From a virus, in IMG/VR virus record IMGVR_UViG_3300000973_000001, positions 1 to 31,897 of that record: a DNA stretch of 31,897 nucleotides; one strand, 5' to 3'. The position numbers and the translations under genes are program-made. Shown here in pieces: positions 31,623 through 31,897 of the stretch (positions are counted from its first letter, which is position 1; the number at the start of each line of letters is the position of its first letter). The notes beneath the pieces were generated by a model, which was not told where the DNA came from, searched no databases, and was given only the letters and a program-made list of their open reading frames with translations.

Positions 31623-31897
31623 TTAAGGTGTATCATCTACTGCAATGGTCGCAATAGAATAAGCTATTTTTGCACTACTGTCATTATCATCTAAACAAGT
31701 TACTTGGATAAGGTTACTATCACTTGTGTCTAAATCGTTACCCCCTACTTTATAAAAAGTATCTGTAGCGAAATCTGTATCCAATGTTATTACTGCACTT
31801 GTTAAAGTTCCTGTAAGCAATATATCTATTGATTGACCTGCTTTTAGACCTTGTAAGGTTAGTGTAGCCGTTGTAATATTTCCTGTCAAATGGAAAA
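31623..31897 (-). CDS. Tail-fibre-like protein, C-terminal part (same gene as 1..287; nt 31849..31897 duplicate nt 1..49)
   Basis: The reading frame is continuous with 1..287 across the terminal overlap. The track start at 31889 is an internal TTG. Confidence 0.6.
   Translation of the reverse strand, partial: FHLTGNITTATLTLQGLKAGQSIDILLTGTLTSAVITLDTDFATDTFYKVGGNDLDTSDSNLIQVTCLDDNDSSAKIAYSIATIAVDDTP
31849..31897. repeat. Terminal overlap copy 2 (identical to 1..49); marks circular closure or terminal redundancy
   Basis: Exact 49/49 match to the window start. Confidence 0.95.

Noticed and set aside
1-31897. Lysogeny module, mobile elements, or a diversity-generating retroelement near the fibre genes.
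   Set aside because: No integrase, recombinase, transposase, repressor pair or reverse-transcriptase ORF appears in any frame. I noticed no template/variable repeat pair.

Overview
The window is a complete, circularly closed genome of a small lytic tailed dsDNA phage. Nt 1..49 are identical to nt 31849..31897, giving a 31,848-bp unit, and one tail-fibre-like gene runs across the junction. All but one of about 53 genes lie on the minus strand, tightly packed with many ATGA/TAATG start-stop overlaps. I see no Shine-Dalgarno sequences, leaders are A/CA-rich, and three intergenic sites fit the Bacteroidota promoter pattern TTTG-N19-20-TAnnTTTG. A Flavobacteriia-like host is therefore inferred, not proven. 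Modules in transcription order (high to low coordinates):
- Early/replication block, 28959->22970: NinG/Rap-like protein, SSB-like protein, DnaB-like helicase, ECF-like sigma factor, PD-(D/E)XK nucleases and a DnaA domain-IV-like protein.
- Five-gene putative modification block, 22980->19070: SAM methyltransferase, GT-A-like glycosyltransferase, IbrA-like PP-loop/PAPS-reductase enzyme, IbrB-like ParB and a second ParB/Srx protein. It is translationally coupled to TerS/TerL (19068->17574).
- One lone plus-strand acidic gene (17350..17577).
- Morphogenesis block, 16444->292: a chaperone-like gene with a candidate -1 frameshift, neck and tail proteins, a tape-measure-like protein, XkdF-type protease, scaffold, major capsid, tube-like protein and portal.
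- Fibre and Gly-rich proteins across the junction.
- Lysis cassette, 30313->29083.
No integrase, DNA polymerase, primase, tRNA or CRISPR array was found.
The most interesting items are:
- the IbrA/ParB/GT/MTase block;
- two terminator-insulated moron-like cassettes that share a promoter motif;
- an AT-rich iteron/palindrome element;
- the U9 frameshift site;
- SSB-type LPF C-terminal tips on both the SSB-like protein and the helicase.
All family assignments come from motif recognition by eye, not from searches.
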